Source: an uncultured Erythrobacter sp. (lineage in GTDB: Bacteria; Pseudomonadota; Alphaproteobacteria; Sphingomonadales; Sphingomonadaceae). From it: a DNA stretch of 64,000 nt. Location: the NCBI RefSeq assembly GCF_947499705.1, contig NZ_CANMPJ010000002.1, positions 676,688 to 740,687 of the forward strand, written 5' to 3'. Shown in pieces: positions 9,758 through 19,184 of the stretch. How positions within the stretch are numbered: the stretch's first letter is position 1; each line of letters begins with the position of its first letter. Made by a program: the position numbers and the translations under genes. The notes under the pieces were generated by a model. That model did not search any database. It saw nothing but the letters and a program-made list of their open reading frames with translations, and was not told the origin of the DNA.

Positions 9758-12412
9758 CTAGAGCCATGCCGACCTTCGATCCACCGAGCGCTGGAACCCT
9801 GCTGCGAGCGATTTCATCCGCGCCCGCAGCAGCACCTGTCTGCCTTCGCGGTTGCGGGTGAAGACGAGCTTGGACGAGCCGATCTGGGACTTCCAGATAG
9901 TCAGGAAGGCCTCGGCATATTCCTTGCGCGCACCGAGCGCCGCAGGAACTGCATGGTAGTCGGTCCGCCGTTTCGGGCCGAGCCACGATTTGCGCACCAA
10001 TAGGTAACGCGGGTTCTGGACCGGCCCGAGCACTTCCGCGATGGCCTGCATGACCGCACGCTCGGCCGCGCGGCTGACGCCTGCGACGATAACATCCTTG
10101 CGTCCGTCGACGCTGGTTCGGATGTCGATCCGCGCGGCGTCGACTTCCGAAGCGGCAATGATCTTCGCTTCGGCGAGACCACGAAGGATCGCTTGCGCCA
10201 CTTCGCCGAGGCTTCCCTCGAGCGATCCATTGCGCCAGGCGAGCCGAGCGGCTTTGGCAAGGCGGGGCAGGCTGGCGAGCGTTGCTATACCGGCGGCGCC
10301 CATCGCGACCATGCCGAGCCCTTCGAACGATGCGACCGCGCGCAGTTCGTTTCCCGCGACCAAAGCGGCGGTGCTTCCTGCGCTCCATGCAGCGGAATGG
10401 AGGGTGTCGAACCAGCTCAGGCGCCGCGGCGCATAGTTGGGCGCGGCGGTTTCGCGCACTCGAGAGCGCGCTTCTCCATCACCCAGTGAAGTAGACCATT
10501 TCGACGCGATGCCCGCGCGGTCCGCCGCTATGGCGAAGGCTTGCCGGTTCAAAGTGGCAATGCTCTGCGCCGGATCGATGTCCAACCGCCCGAGCCCGCT
10601 TTCGATCAATCTCGCCTCGCCGTTCGAAATACACTCGAACGCTCGAAATCGCCTTGCGACCACGCCGATATCGGACACGCCGCCAGAACCACCATCGTTG
10701 AACGCGCCCCAATTAAGTGACGCCGTGACCGCCTGCGCCAAGGTGCTCTCATCAGGCTCTATCGTTGCGAGATGCCAGATATTGGCGACCTTATCCGGCT
10801 GGTGCGGGTCGATCCGGATCGCCCGGCCGCGCATCTGGTTCGACAGCATGAAGGACGCGGTGTTGCTGGCCAACACAAGGCTGTTGAGCGCGGGCGCGTC
10901 CCATCCCTGCCCTAGCAGCGACTGAGTACCGACCAGTATCCGAACTTCGCCACTTAGAAACAGCGCAGTGACAAGCCTGATCTGGTCAGCGCTGTTGCCT
11001 CCCACAGGCTGCAGCTCGACATGCCCGGGGCACGCCTTAATGTCTTTGCAGCGAACGGAACCGCGCGGCATCCCCAGTCTTTCGGCGACCTCTCCGAGCG
11101 CCTCCATGGCCGAGCGCGGGATGATTACCAGACTGCCGGTCAATACACCGATCTTCGCTTCCGCTATGCCAGCCCGTCGCAGGCTTTCGAAGATTGGGAT
11201 CACGCCCAGCTTCGCAGGCTTGAATTCGGCCTCGGGGCTGCGCGGCAACTCGCCTGCGCGAATATGATCGGACAGCACCACCATCCGCAGCTCGTCGCCC
11301 AGCTTACCGTGTTCCGTTTCGGCGATCTCTGCGATGCTATCGAGTTTGGCAAGGCTGGAAGCCAGCAGGCGAAACACCGAGCGGGTATGCTGGAGCCGTA
11401 CCTTGCCACCTTCGATCAGACCGTGACGCTGCAGACGATTGTGCAATGTCTCTCGCCGCTCCTGGTCCAGCACAAAAACCTGTTTGTGCCGGAACAACAG
11501 ACCGTCAAGCAGCCGCTCCAGCCAGAACAGCGACGGGCGAGGGAGATCGCTTGCGGAAACGCCAAGCAGATCGAGCGGTTCACGCGGTAGTTTCCGCCCA
11601 GCCGAACCAAGCAAAATGAGCGCCGCCGAAAGCATTTCCGGCGCTTCGAGGATGTCTTCGATATGCGCGTCGGGATCGGTCAGCCAAGGGTGCCGGGCGA
11701 GCCATTCAAGCAATTCGTCGTCATTGATCAATTCCAGTTGGAGATCGCCGATTGCCTTGTGCCGCCGTGCGAGCACTGCGAGTGCATCCTCGGTCGGGCG
11801 CGAGAGCACCAGATGATCCTGATGCGGGCACAGGTCTCCGTTACGTACCAGTTCCGGGATGCCGATTTCGAGATCGATGGGGCCGCATAGCGCCTCGTAC
11901 CGCTTCCACTCGGCGAAGCTAGCATCGTAGGGCGGCGTGGCGGTCAGCGCGACGATGGTCACGTCGTTCAACTCTTTCGCCAACCGGTCGAGGCACTCCC
12001 ACCATGCCCGGCGCAGGTGATGCGCTTCATCGAGCACCAGCGTGAGCGGGCCCTTTTCGTTCAAGGTCGCGATCAGATCCGTCAGATCGTCGCTGCGCCG
12101 AAAGCTGTCGAGCGACTGATAGGTCGAAAGGGTTAAGGCGCGCGGATCGGCAAGATTGCGAGAGATGTCGTTTTCAGGCGGCATCTCTGCCATGAACAGC
12201 GGCACCAGCCGCTCGCCCCATTGATCGCGAATGGCCAGACTTGGCGCGAAAACCAGCGCTGGCTTGCCAAGCTGCCGGACGATTTCGAGACCGAGCACCG
12301 TCTTGCCTGCACCGGGCGCGGCGACGACGTGCAGCCGATCGTCCCCTAGGTGACTTTCCATTTCAGCGAGGACGCGCGCCTGATATTCGCGCCATTCGCC
12401 GGCGAACTGCAT
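9758..12412 (-). CDS. SF2 (DEAD/DEAH, ResIII-like) helicase family protein with long C-terminal extension
   Basis: AAPGAGKT, LDEAHH, TAT, QGWD, QMRGRAIR motifs; start approximate. Confidence 0.88.
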   Translation of the reverse strand: MQFAGEWREYQARVLAEMESHLGDDRLHVVAAPGAGKTVLGLEIVRQLGKPALVFAPSLAIRDQWGERLVPLFMAEMPPENDISRNLADPRALTLSTYQSLDSFRRSDDLTDLIATLNEKGPLTLVLDEAHHLRRAWWECLDRLAKELNDVTIVALTATPPYDASFAEWKRYEALCGPIDLEIGIPELVRNGDLCPHQDHLVLSRPTEDALAVLARRHKAIGDLQLELINDDELLEWLARHPWLTDPDAHIEDILEAPEMLSAALILLGSAGRKLPREPLDLLGVSASDLPRPSLFWLERLLDGLLFRHKQVFVLDQERRETLHNRLQRHGLIEGGKVRLQHTRSVFRLLASSLAKLDSIAEIAETEHGKLGDELRMVVLSDHIRAGELPRSPEAEFKPAKLGVIPIFESLRRAGIAEAKIGVLTGSLVIIPRSAMEALGEVAERLGMPRGSVRCKDIKACPGHVELQPVGGNSADQIRLVTALFLSGEVRILVGTQSLLGQGWDAPALNSLVLASNTASFMLSNQMRGRAIRIDPHQPDKVANIWHLATIEPDESTLAQAVTASLNWGAFNDGGSGGVSDIGVVARRFRAFECISNGEARLIESGLGRLDIDPAQSIATLNRQAFAIAADRAGIASKWSTSLGDGEARSRVRETAAPNYAPRRLSWFDTLHSAAWSAGSTAALVAGNELRAVASFEGLGMVAMGAAGIATLASLPRLAKAARLAWRNGSLEGSLGEVAQAILRGLAEAKIIAASEVDAARIDIRTSVDGRKDVIVAGVSRAAERAVMQAIAEVLGPVQNPRYLLVRKSWLGPKRRTDYHAVPAALGARKEYAEAFLTIWKSQIGSSKLVFTRNREGRQVLLRARMKSLAAGFQRSVDRRSAWL

Positions 12413-12472
12413 CCTGCCGATCACGGATAGTGAACTGTCGCTGGGGCTAATCGGCCTGACCCGTGTGCCGCA

Positions 12473-14869
12473 TCAAAGTGGATTGCCATCCTGATCGCGG
12501 AAGATCTCTCGGCGGCCGACATGGTTGGCGGGTCCGACGAGACCTTCGCTTTCCATCCGCTCGATCCATTTGGCGGCGGTGTTGTAGCCGACACCCATCT
12601 GGCGCTGGAGCCACGAACCGGACGCCTTCTGATTCTCGATCACGATCTGGCAGGCCTGACGATACTTGCGCTCTTCCGGGCTGTCCGAAGCGGTCAAATC
12701 GTCTTCGAAGTTCAATCCGCCGCCATCTTCGGGTTCTTCGGTGACGGCATCGACATATTCAGGCGAACCTTGTGCGCGCCAGAAATCGGCGACCGCTTCG
12801 ACTTCCTCATCCGAAACGAATGGGCCGTGCACACGCACCATCGCGCCTGTGTTCGGCTTGTAGAGCATATCGCCCTTGCCCAGCAGCTGTTCGGCGCCCT
12901 GTTCGCCCAGGATCGTGCGGCTGTCGATCCGGCTGGTGACCTTGAAGCTGATCCGGGTTGGCAGGTTGGCCTTGATCACGCCGGTGATGACGTCGACTGA
13001 AGGGCGCTGGGTGGCCATGATCAGATGGATGCCGGCGGCGCGTGATTTCTGGCTAAGCCGCTGGATCAGTACTTCGATTTCCTTGCCGACCGTCACCATC
13101 AAATCGGCAAGTTCGTCGACGATCAGCACGATCTGTGGCAGCGGCTGGTAATCGAGCTGTTCTTCTTCGTAGAGCTGCTCGCCCGTGTCTGGATCGAAGC
13201 CGGTCTGCACCCTGCGGCCTAGCGGTTTGCCTTTCGCGGCGGCAGCGCGGACTTTGTCGTTGAAGCTGTTGATGTTGCGCGAATTGATCGAGCTCATCAT
13301 CCGATACCGGCGCTCCATCTCCTCGACCGCCCATTTGAGTGCGCGGACCGACTTGTGAGGCTCGGTCACTACTGGCGAGAGCAGGTGCGGAATATCGTCG
13401 TAGCTCTTCAGCTCGAGCACTTTGGGATCGATCAGGATCAAACGGCATTCGGCGGGCGTGAAATGATACAGCAGGCTGAGCAGGATACAGTTCAGCCCGA
13501 CCGACTTGCCCGACCCGGTCGTCCCGGCCACCAGCAAGTGCGGCATGGCCGCAAGGTCGGCGATGATCGGTTCGCCTGCGATATCCTTACCCAAAATGAT
13601 CGGCAGATTGCCTTTGGATTCCGCAAAAGCAGCGCAAGCGGCGAGCTCCTTCAGCATCACCATCTGGCGGTCGGCATTGGGCAGTTCGATGCCCATCACG
13701 GTTTTGCCGGGGATCGGTGAGACGCGGGCCGAGATCGCCGACATGTTGCGGGCGATATCTTCGGCCAGGCCAACCACGCGGCTGGCTTTGATACCGGGAG
13801 CAGGCTCCAGCTCGTACATCGTCACAACCGGCCCGGTGCGAACGGCGGTGATCTCACCCTTTACGTTGAAATCATCGAGCACGTTTTCGAGCAGCCGGGC
13901 GTTGCGTTCGAGCGCGAGCTTATCGAGCTTGGGCGCGTTGTCGGATGGAATCTCGGCCAGCAATTCGAGGCTGGGCAGCTCGTAATTGGCGAACATGTCG
14001 CGCTGGTTTTGCTTTGCCGGAGCGGCCTTTTTCGGCGGTGCCGACGGATCTGTAATTTCTGGCGATCGGCGTGGTGCCGGTTCGGCGCGGGCTTCCGCTT
14101 CCACCTTGGGCTTGCGGCGCGATTTGGGAGCGGCCACCGCGTCATCAATTTCGCGTCCCGGCAGGGCCAGTTGCCCGGACCGTCTGAAGAAGGGCAGTTT
14201 CGATAGAATTCCGTCACCGTCAGTCAGGAAATTGGGCAGTGTCAGCAATGCCCGCCAATCGATCGCGAAAACCCGCGTCAGTAGGCCAGTGGCCCCGGCG
14301 AGGCATGCAAGCGCAAAGCCAAGGATCACCCAGCCTGATGCGCTTTCGCCCAGCCGCGAGGCTAACGCCTCGATAGCAGACGCGCCGAGCAAGCCGGAAA
14401 CTCCGCCTAATTGCGCGGGCAAAGTGCCGCCTGCATTGTCGAAGGCGAGCGACAGGACCGTGCCGAACAGCACCATGGCGATGAGCAGCAAACCGGTGGG
14501 CAGCCACCAGCGCGTGCTCTCATCCACGCTTTCCAGATCGTCGTCATTCTCGACGTCGCGCCACAGTTTGCGCGCGGAGATGTAGAGCAATGGGAGCAAA
14601 AGGATTGCTGGCAGACCAAAGGCGAACAGCACGCGGTCTGCGGTCCAGGCACCGGCGCTGCCCATCCAGTTGCTGATCTGGTCGGGTGCTGCAGCGGTCG
14701 AAGGGCTGGGGTCGGTCTGGGTGTAGCTGATCAGCGAAAGCGTGAGGAAAATCATCGCCATCAACAGCACACCGGCGCCTGTCATCTGCGCGGCGCGGCG
14801 CAGCGAACGGCGCAGTCCGGCGCGCCAGTCTGCGGTCGATTTACGGGTGTTGATTGCTCGCGAAGCCAT
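12473..14869 (-). CDS. ftsK: DNA translocase FtsK
   Basis: N-terminal TM region, GTTGSGKS, IVDELAD, ATQRPSVDVITG, gamma domain GYNTAAKWIE. Confidence 0.97.
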   Translation of the reverse strand: MASRAINTRKSTADWRAGLRRSLRRAAQMTGAGVLLMAMIFLTLSLISYTQTDPSPSTAAAPDQISNWMGSAGAWTADRVLFAFGLPAILLLPLLYISARKLWRDVENDDDLESVDESTRWWLPTGLLLIAMVLFGTVLSLAFDNAGGTLPAQLGGVSGLLGASAIEALASRLGESASGWVILGFALACLAGATGLLTRVFAIDWRALLTLPNFLTDGDGILSKLPFFRRSGQLALPGREIDDAVAAPKSRRKPKVEAEARAEPAPRRSPEITDPSAPPKKAAPAKQNQRDMFANYELPSLELLAEIPSDNAPKLDKLALERNARLLENVLDDFNVKGEITAVRTGPVVTMYELEPAPGIKASRVVGLAEDIARNMSAISARVSPIPGKTVMGIELPNADRQMVMLKELAACAAFAESKGNLPIILGKDIAGEPIIADLAAMPHLLVAGTTGSGKSVGLNCILLSLLYHFTPAECRLILIDPKVLELKSYDDIPHLLSPVVTEPHKSVRALKWAVEEMERRYRMMSSINSRNINSFNDKVRAAAAKGKPLGRRVQTGFDPDTGEQLYEEEQLDYQPLPQIVLIVDELADLMVTVGKEIEVLIQRLSQKSRAAGIHLIMATQRPSVDVITGVIKANLPTRISFKVTSRIDSRTILGEQGAEQLLGKGDMLYKPNTGAMVRVHGPFVSDEEVEAVADFWRAQGSPEYVDAVTEEPEDGGGLNFEDDLTASDSPEERKYRQACQIVIENQKASGSWLQRQMGVGYNTAAKWIERMESEGLVGPANHVGRREIFRDQDGNPL

Positions 14870-14954
14870 GACTTTGCCTTTGGACCCTCCTATCGGAACA
14901 CACCATGAATCCTAGGCGAGTCCGGGTCAAGCGCCCTGAGATGGGGTGAGCGAG

Positions 14955-15491
14955 CTAACTCAGGCCGTCGATCGCGGCCCAACGCGGCCATTTTAGCGAC
15001 CAAGCGCGTTCGGTCGACATCCCGCCGAGCGCGATTACAGGGACTTGCGAGTGTTCTGCCAGCAGTCGGAATTGCGCCGGTCCGAGCACTTTGTCTCCGG
15101 GATGCGACGTGGTTGGGAAAACCGGAGACAACAGAACCGCATCCGCTCCAAGCCGGTTCGCAATTCCGATCTCTGCAAGGTTATGCGCCGTCGCCAGATG
15201 CAGCATATCCCGACGGCGCGGACATAGCGAGCGAGGCGATCCGTAGATCCCATCTGCGCCCCATTCGGTCGCGGTCAGTGCGCTGTCGGCGAGTATCACC
15301 GTATGATCGCATGCGCGCGCGACACGGCACAAGGTGCGGAACCGGTCCCAACGGTTGGGATCATCGAGGTGATAGTGGCGGTAAATAAAGCCGGACCCGC
15401 GCGGCAGCCCACGCAGCGCGCTTTCCAGAACGGCATCGTTCCGCTCATCGGAGATAAGCCAGATGTCAGGCAGGGACTGGTTTCGCGCCAT
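14955..15491 (-). CDS. Thiamine phosphate synthase-like (TMP-TENI) protein
   Basis: LSPVFPTTSHP, VIALGGM; start trimmed to MARNQSL. Confidence 0.8.
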   Translation of the reverse strand: MARNQSLPDIWLISDERNDAVLESALRGLPRGSGFIYRHYHLDDPNRWDRFRTLCRVARACDHTVILADSALTATEWGADGIYGSPRSLCPRRRDMLHLATAHNLAEIGIANRLGADAVLLSPVFPTTSHPGDKVLGPAQFRLLAEHSQVPVIALGGMSTERAWSLKWPRWAAIDGLS

Positions 15492-15513
15492 TCGCGCGCT
15501 ATATCGCGCCGCC

Positions 15514-16176
15514 ATGGAAAGTGCAGCAACTCGTCTCGCAGAAGTCGACGCCAATATCGCGCGCATGTGCAAAATCGCCCGCCGCAAACGCGAGGATGTG
15601 ACCCTGATCGCAGTCAGCAAGACCCATCCGACTGAGCGGATCGCTCCGCTGCTAGAGGCAGGGCACCGTGTGTTCGGCGAAAACCGCGTTCAGGAAGCGC
15701 AAGGCAAATGGCCGGAATTGCGCGAAGCCTATCCCGACGCCGAGCTGCACCTGATTGGCCAGTTGCAATCGAACAAGGCCGAAGACGCGGTGGATATGTT
15801 TGACTGCATCCACGCGCTCGACAGGATGAGCCTGCTCAAGGCGCTCGCCAAGGCGATGGACAAGGCGGGCAAGCGCGTGCCGTGCTTCGTTCAGGTCAAT
15901 ATCGGAGACGAGGACCAGAAAGGCGGTTGCCCGATCAGCGAAGTACCGGAGTTTATCGGCAAGGTGCGCGACGCCGACATTCCTGTCGCCGGATTGATGT
16001 GCCTGCCGCCCGCCGTCATCGAACCTGCGCCGTTCTTTGCACTGCTCGCGAAGCTGGCTGACGACAATGGCGTCGAAGGTCTGAGCATGGGCATGAGCGG
16101 AGATTATGAAACTGCGGTTCAACTCGGTGCGACACATGTCCGGGTTGGGACGGCGTTGTTCGGGGCGCGTTCATAG
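15514..16176 (+). CDS. yggS: PLP homeostasis protein YggS
   Basis: LIAVSKT, FGENRVQE, IGQLQSNK, LSMGMSGDY, VRVGTALFG. Confidence 0.96.
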   Translation: MESAATRLAEVDANIARMCKIARRKREDVTLIAVSKTHPTERIAPLLEAGHRVFGENRVQEAQGKWPELREAYPDAELHLIGQLQSNKAEDAVDMFDCIHALDRMSLLKALAKAMDKAGKRVPCFVQVNIGDEDQKGGCPISEVPEFIGKVRDADIPVAGLMCLPPAVIEPAPFFALLAKLADDNGVEGLSMGMSGDYETAVQLGATHVRVGTALFGARS

Positions 16177-16186
16177 CTAACGGCCA

Positions 16187-16266
16187 AGCCACCCACACCC
16201 TCCGCCCTTCCACCCGGATAGTGTCCCGGTAGGTTCCGGGTGGAAGGGCGGAGGGTGTGGGTGGCT
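16187..16266. repeat. Perfect 32-bp inverted repeat with 16-nt loop
   Basis: agccacccacaccctccgcccttccacccgga (16187-16218) is the exact reverse complement of 16235-16266. Confidence 0.9.
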
Positions 16267-16277
16267 ACGGCGACGCC

Positions 16278-16313
16278 AAAAAAGAAAGGGCGCCCTGTTG
16301 CCAGAGCGCCCTT
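16278..16313 (-). terminator. Rho-independent terminator of the TonB-dependent receptor
   Basis: aagggcgc/gcgccctt stem; plus-strand A tract gives a U tract on the minus strand. Confidence 0.8.
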
Positions 16314-16340
16314 CCTACTTCAGCCTGAAGTCAGGCGGCG

Positions 16341-19067
16341 TTAGAATTCGCCGGTCAATCCAACTGTGACCAATGCTCCGCGCGGATCATGGACGCGGCT
16401 GTCAAAGCCGCCATTGGTCGCGACGCGAGGTGCCGTCACATCGAAGATGTTACGGGCGCCAACGGTCAGTTGCAGCAGCTTGTCGCGATCGAAGAATTCA
16501 TTGATCGCGACGCTGTATTGAACATCGACCCGGAAATCGCTGTCGATGTCCGCTCCGCCATTCTGATCATCGAGGTAGCTGTCGATGTAGCGACCAAAGA
16601 TGTTGAGCGAGTGTGCGCCGGTTTCAAACTGCAGCCCTGCATTGAAGCGCAGGTCCGGAGTTGGTGAGCCGAAATTGGTGAAGTTGCGGTTGCCCGCACC
16701 ATCAATGATCGGACCGCCAACTGCTGTCTGGAGATCGTATTCGATCACGTAGTTGCCTTCGAAGCTCGGCGTGATTGTGCCGAAGCCGGCATCGATCCGA
16801 TAGCGGACCGAAAAATCGATCCCGGACGTGGTGACGCTGGCTGCGTTTACGTAGCTGTTGTTGACCTGGATGATCGTACCAGCCGGGCTCCGAATGATGT
16901 TGGGTCCGTTCGGATCAGCATTCACGATCGATTGCGCTGCGGTCTGAACGATCGCATCCTGGAATTCGAAGTTGTAGTAATCGGCGCTGATCTCGAACCC
17001 GAAAATCGGCTCGATGGTGAAGCCGAGGTTATAGGCGGTAGAGTCCTCAGGGATGAGGTTCGGGTTGCCGACCGCGCGCACAGCGACGAAGGCATTGGCC
17101 CCGCCATTGGCCGGGTCCGAAACCTGTTGCAGCGTGGTCGATTGGCCCTGCAGCTGGAAGGTCGACGGTGCACGGAACGAGGTCGAGAACGACCCACGCA
17201 GCGAGATCCAATCGGCTGGGCGCAACAGCACAGCAATCTTGGGATCGAGCGTGCTGCCCCCTTCATCGCCATAATCTTCAAACCGCAGCGCTAGTTGCAG
17301 TTCTGCCCAATCGAGGACGGGAACATTCAATTCGCCGAAAATGGCGTAGACATCTTGCCCGCCAGAGAAGGCCTGCTCACCGATCAGGAAGGCAAAGCCA
17401 TCATTGAGGGTGATGTCATCGAAGTCCGCCGAAATCCGCTGGTCGCGATATTGCGCACCGATCGCGATGCCGACGGGGCCAGCTGGAAGGTCAAACAGCT
17501 CGCCCGACACGAAACCTTCAGCGACGAACAATTCCGCACCGCGGTTCGAAGTCGAGAACTCGGTGACGTAATCGAGCAGCGCCGCATTGGCGTTAACTCC
17601 GCCAGCCAAAGCTGTCGCGAAGGGATTGAAGAACGTTCCGTCGGCAGGAATTGCCGCGCCATTGGCGGTCAGGAACGGGTTGCTGGCAGTACAATCGAGC
17701 CCCGTTGCTGCGTTGAACGCGGGGCTGGCATTGAAGCCGCGCAGCGAACACGCGAACCGATCACGCACGGTGTCTTCGGTGTTGGCCGTAAAGCTGTTGT
17801 CGGCATAGGTCAGGCTGACATTCCAGAGGCCGTTCGTCAGGAAGCCGTCGAAGTCGCCTTCCAGCGTGCTTGAAATCCGCAATGTCTCGGATTCGAAGGA
17901 AGCCGGTGAGACTTCGCCGCCATTGCCGCTGGCACGGCCGAAGAACACGACATTGGCGCCGAAAGGGTTGTTCGGGTTGAATGTAGGGACAACCGCTTGG
18001 CCCAACTGCAGGAACGGGAAGGTCGGCGAGTTGCCACGAACCGCTTCGTTGTTGGAGTAACCGACTTCGGCGCTGAAACGCACGCTGTCCGACAGGTCTG
18101 CATTGGCTGCGACAAAGGCGGTAACGCGCTGCTCGTCCGGGACGAGGTTGAAGAACTCACCAAAATCGAAACCGCAGAAACCGATGCCTTGTGGAACCAG
18201 TGCAGCGGTTGCCGCGCTCGCTGGGCTCGGGAATCCGCCTGCGCCCGCGCAACCCGGATCAATGAATGGTGCGCCTGCGGGAACGCCCGGTACCCCGAAG
18301 AAGGCGCCAGGATTACCAAGCGCGGACGTATCGTCTGCTGGCTCAGACAGGCGGCGCTCAGCGGTCGTGAGCGGAGAGCGGTCGATATAGCTGATCGCGC
18401 CAATCAGGTTGAAGTCACCGACTTCAAATCCGGCCAGAGCCTGAATGTTGTATTCCGAGTAGTTTCCGGTCCCGAGGTGGTCGGTGTATTCTCCGGAAAC
18501 CAGAAGCCCTTCGTAATTGTCGCGCGTGATGAAGTTCACCACGCCTGCAACTGCGTCCGAACCATACAGCGAGGACGCGCCGTCCTTCAGGATCTCGACC
18601 CGCTCGACCGCGATCAGCGGTACCAGCGAACTGGTATCGACAAAGTTGATGCCGTCATTGGTCGGGGCGGACGACAAAGTTTGCCGTTTCCCGTTCAGCA
18701 GGATCAGAGTCGAGGCAACGCCCAGACCGCGCAGGTTGATATTCGATGTGCCCGTCGTTCCGCCTTGGGTGAAAGCGTCAGGGTTGTTTTGCGCGCCACT
18801 GTTGATGGTGAGCGATTGGGCGATTTCGCCGATGTTCTGCGCGCCAATGTCCGAAATCGCTTCCTGACCAATTGTCGCCAGCGGCGATGCCAGATCGCCC
18901 TGTGACTGGCGGCGGATGCGCGAACCGGTGACGAGAATTGTATTCTCGGCGGCCTCAGCGCCTTCCTCGGTCGCGTCAGCATCTTGTGCTTGAGCGGCAA
19001 AGGGGAACGTAGCTGCGGTGCAAAGTAGAAGTGCGGTTAGGGACCGCGCGGGGGTAAGCAGTGCCAT
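16341..19067 (-). CDS. TonB-dependent receptor
   Basis: Signal peptide, ILVTGSRI, NLRGLG..TLILLNG.R, ERVEILKDGASSLYGSDAVAGVVNFIT, terminal Phe. Confidence 0.96.
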   Translation of the reverse strand: MALLTPARSLTALLLCTAATFPFAAQAQDADATEEGAEAAENTILVTGSRIRRQSQGDLASPLATIGQEAISDIGAQNIGEIAQSLTINSGAQNNPDAFTQGGTTGTSNINLRGLGVASTLILLNGKRQTLSSAPTNDGINFVDTSSLVPLIAVERVEILKDGASSLYGSDAVAGVVNFITRDNYEGLLVSGEYTDHLGTGNYSEYNIQALAGFEVGDFNLIGAISYIDRSPLTTAERRLSEPADDTSALGNPGAFFGVPGVPAGAPFIDPGCAGAGGFPSPASAATAALVPQGIGFCGFDFGEFFNLVPDEQRVTAFVAANADLSDSVRFSAEVGYSNNEAVRGNSPTFPFLQLGQAVVPTFNPNNPFGANVVFFGRASGNGGEVSPASFESETLRISSTLEGDFDGFLTNGLWNVSLTYADNSFTANTEDTVRDRFACSLRGFNASPAFNAATGLDCTASNPFLTANGAAIPADGTFFNPFATALAGGVNANAALLDYVTEFSTSNRGAELFVAEGFVSGELFDLPAGPVGIAIGAQYRDQRISADFDDITLNDGFAFLIGEQAFSGGQDVYAIFGELNVPVLDWAELQLALRFEDYGDEGGSTLDPKIAVLLRPADWISLRGSFSTSFRAPSTFQLQGQSTTLQQVSDPANGGANAFVAVRAVGNPNLIPEDSTAYNLGFTIEPIFGFEISADYYNFEFQDAIVQTAAQSIVNADPNGPNIIRSPAGTIIQVNNSYVNAASVTTSGIDFSVRYRIDAGFGTITPSFEGNYVIEYDLQTAVGGPIIDGAGNRNFTNFGSPTPDLRFNAGLQFETGAHSLNIFGRYIDSYLDDQNGGADIDSDFRVDVQYSVAINEFFDRDKLLQLTVGARNIFDVTAPRVATNGGFDSRVHDPRGALVTVGLTGEF

Positions 19068-19184
19068 TTTTTCTCTCTCCCAGAGATTAGGGCGACGGGA
19101 ATTAGAAAATAAGTTCAGCGCTTGCAACTCAATTTGCCGTCTGGACTGTAGCAAGACTGCAACGGCGGCAAAGTGGTATGGGAA

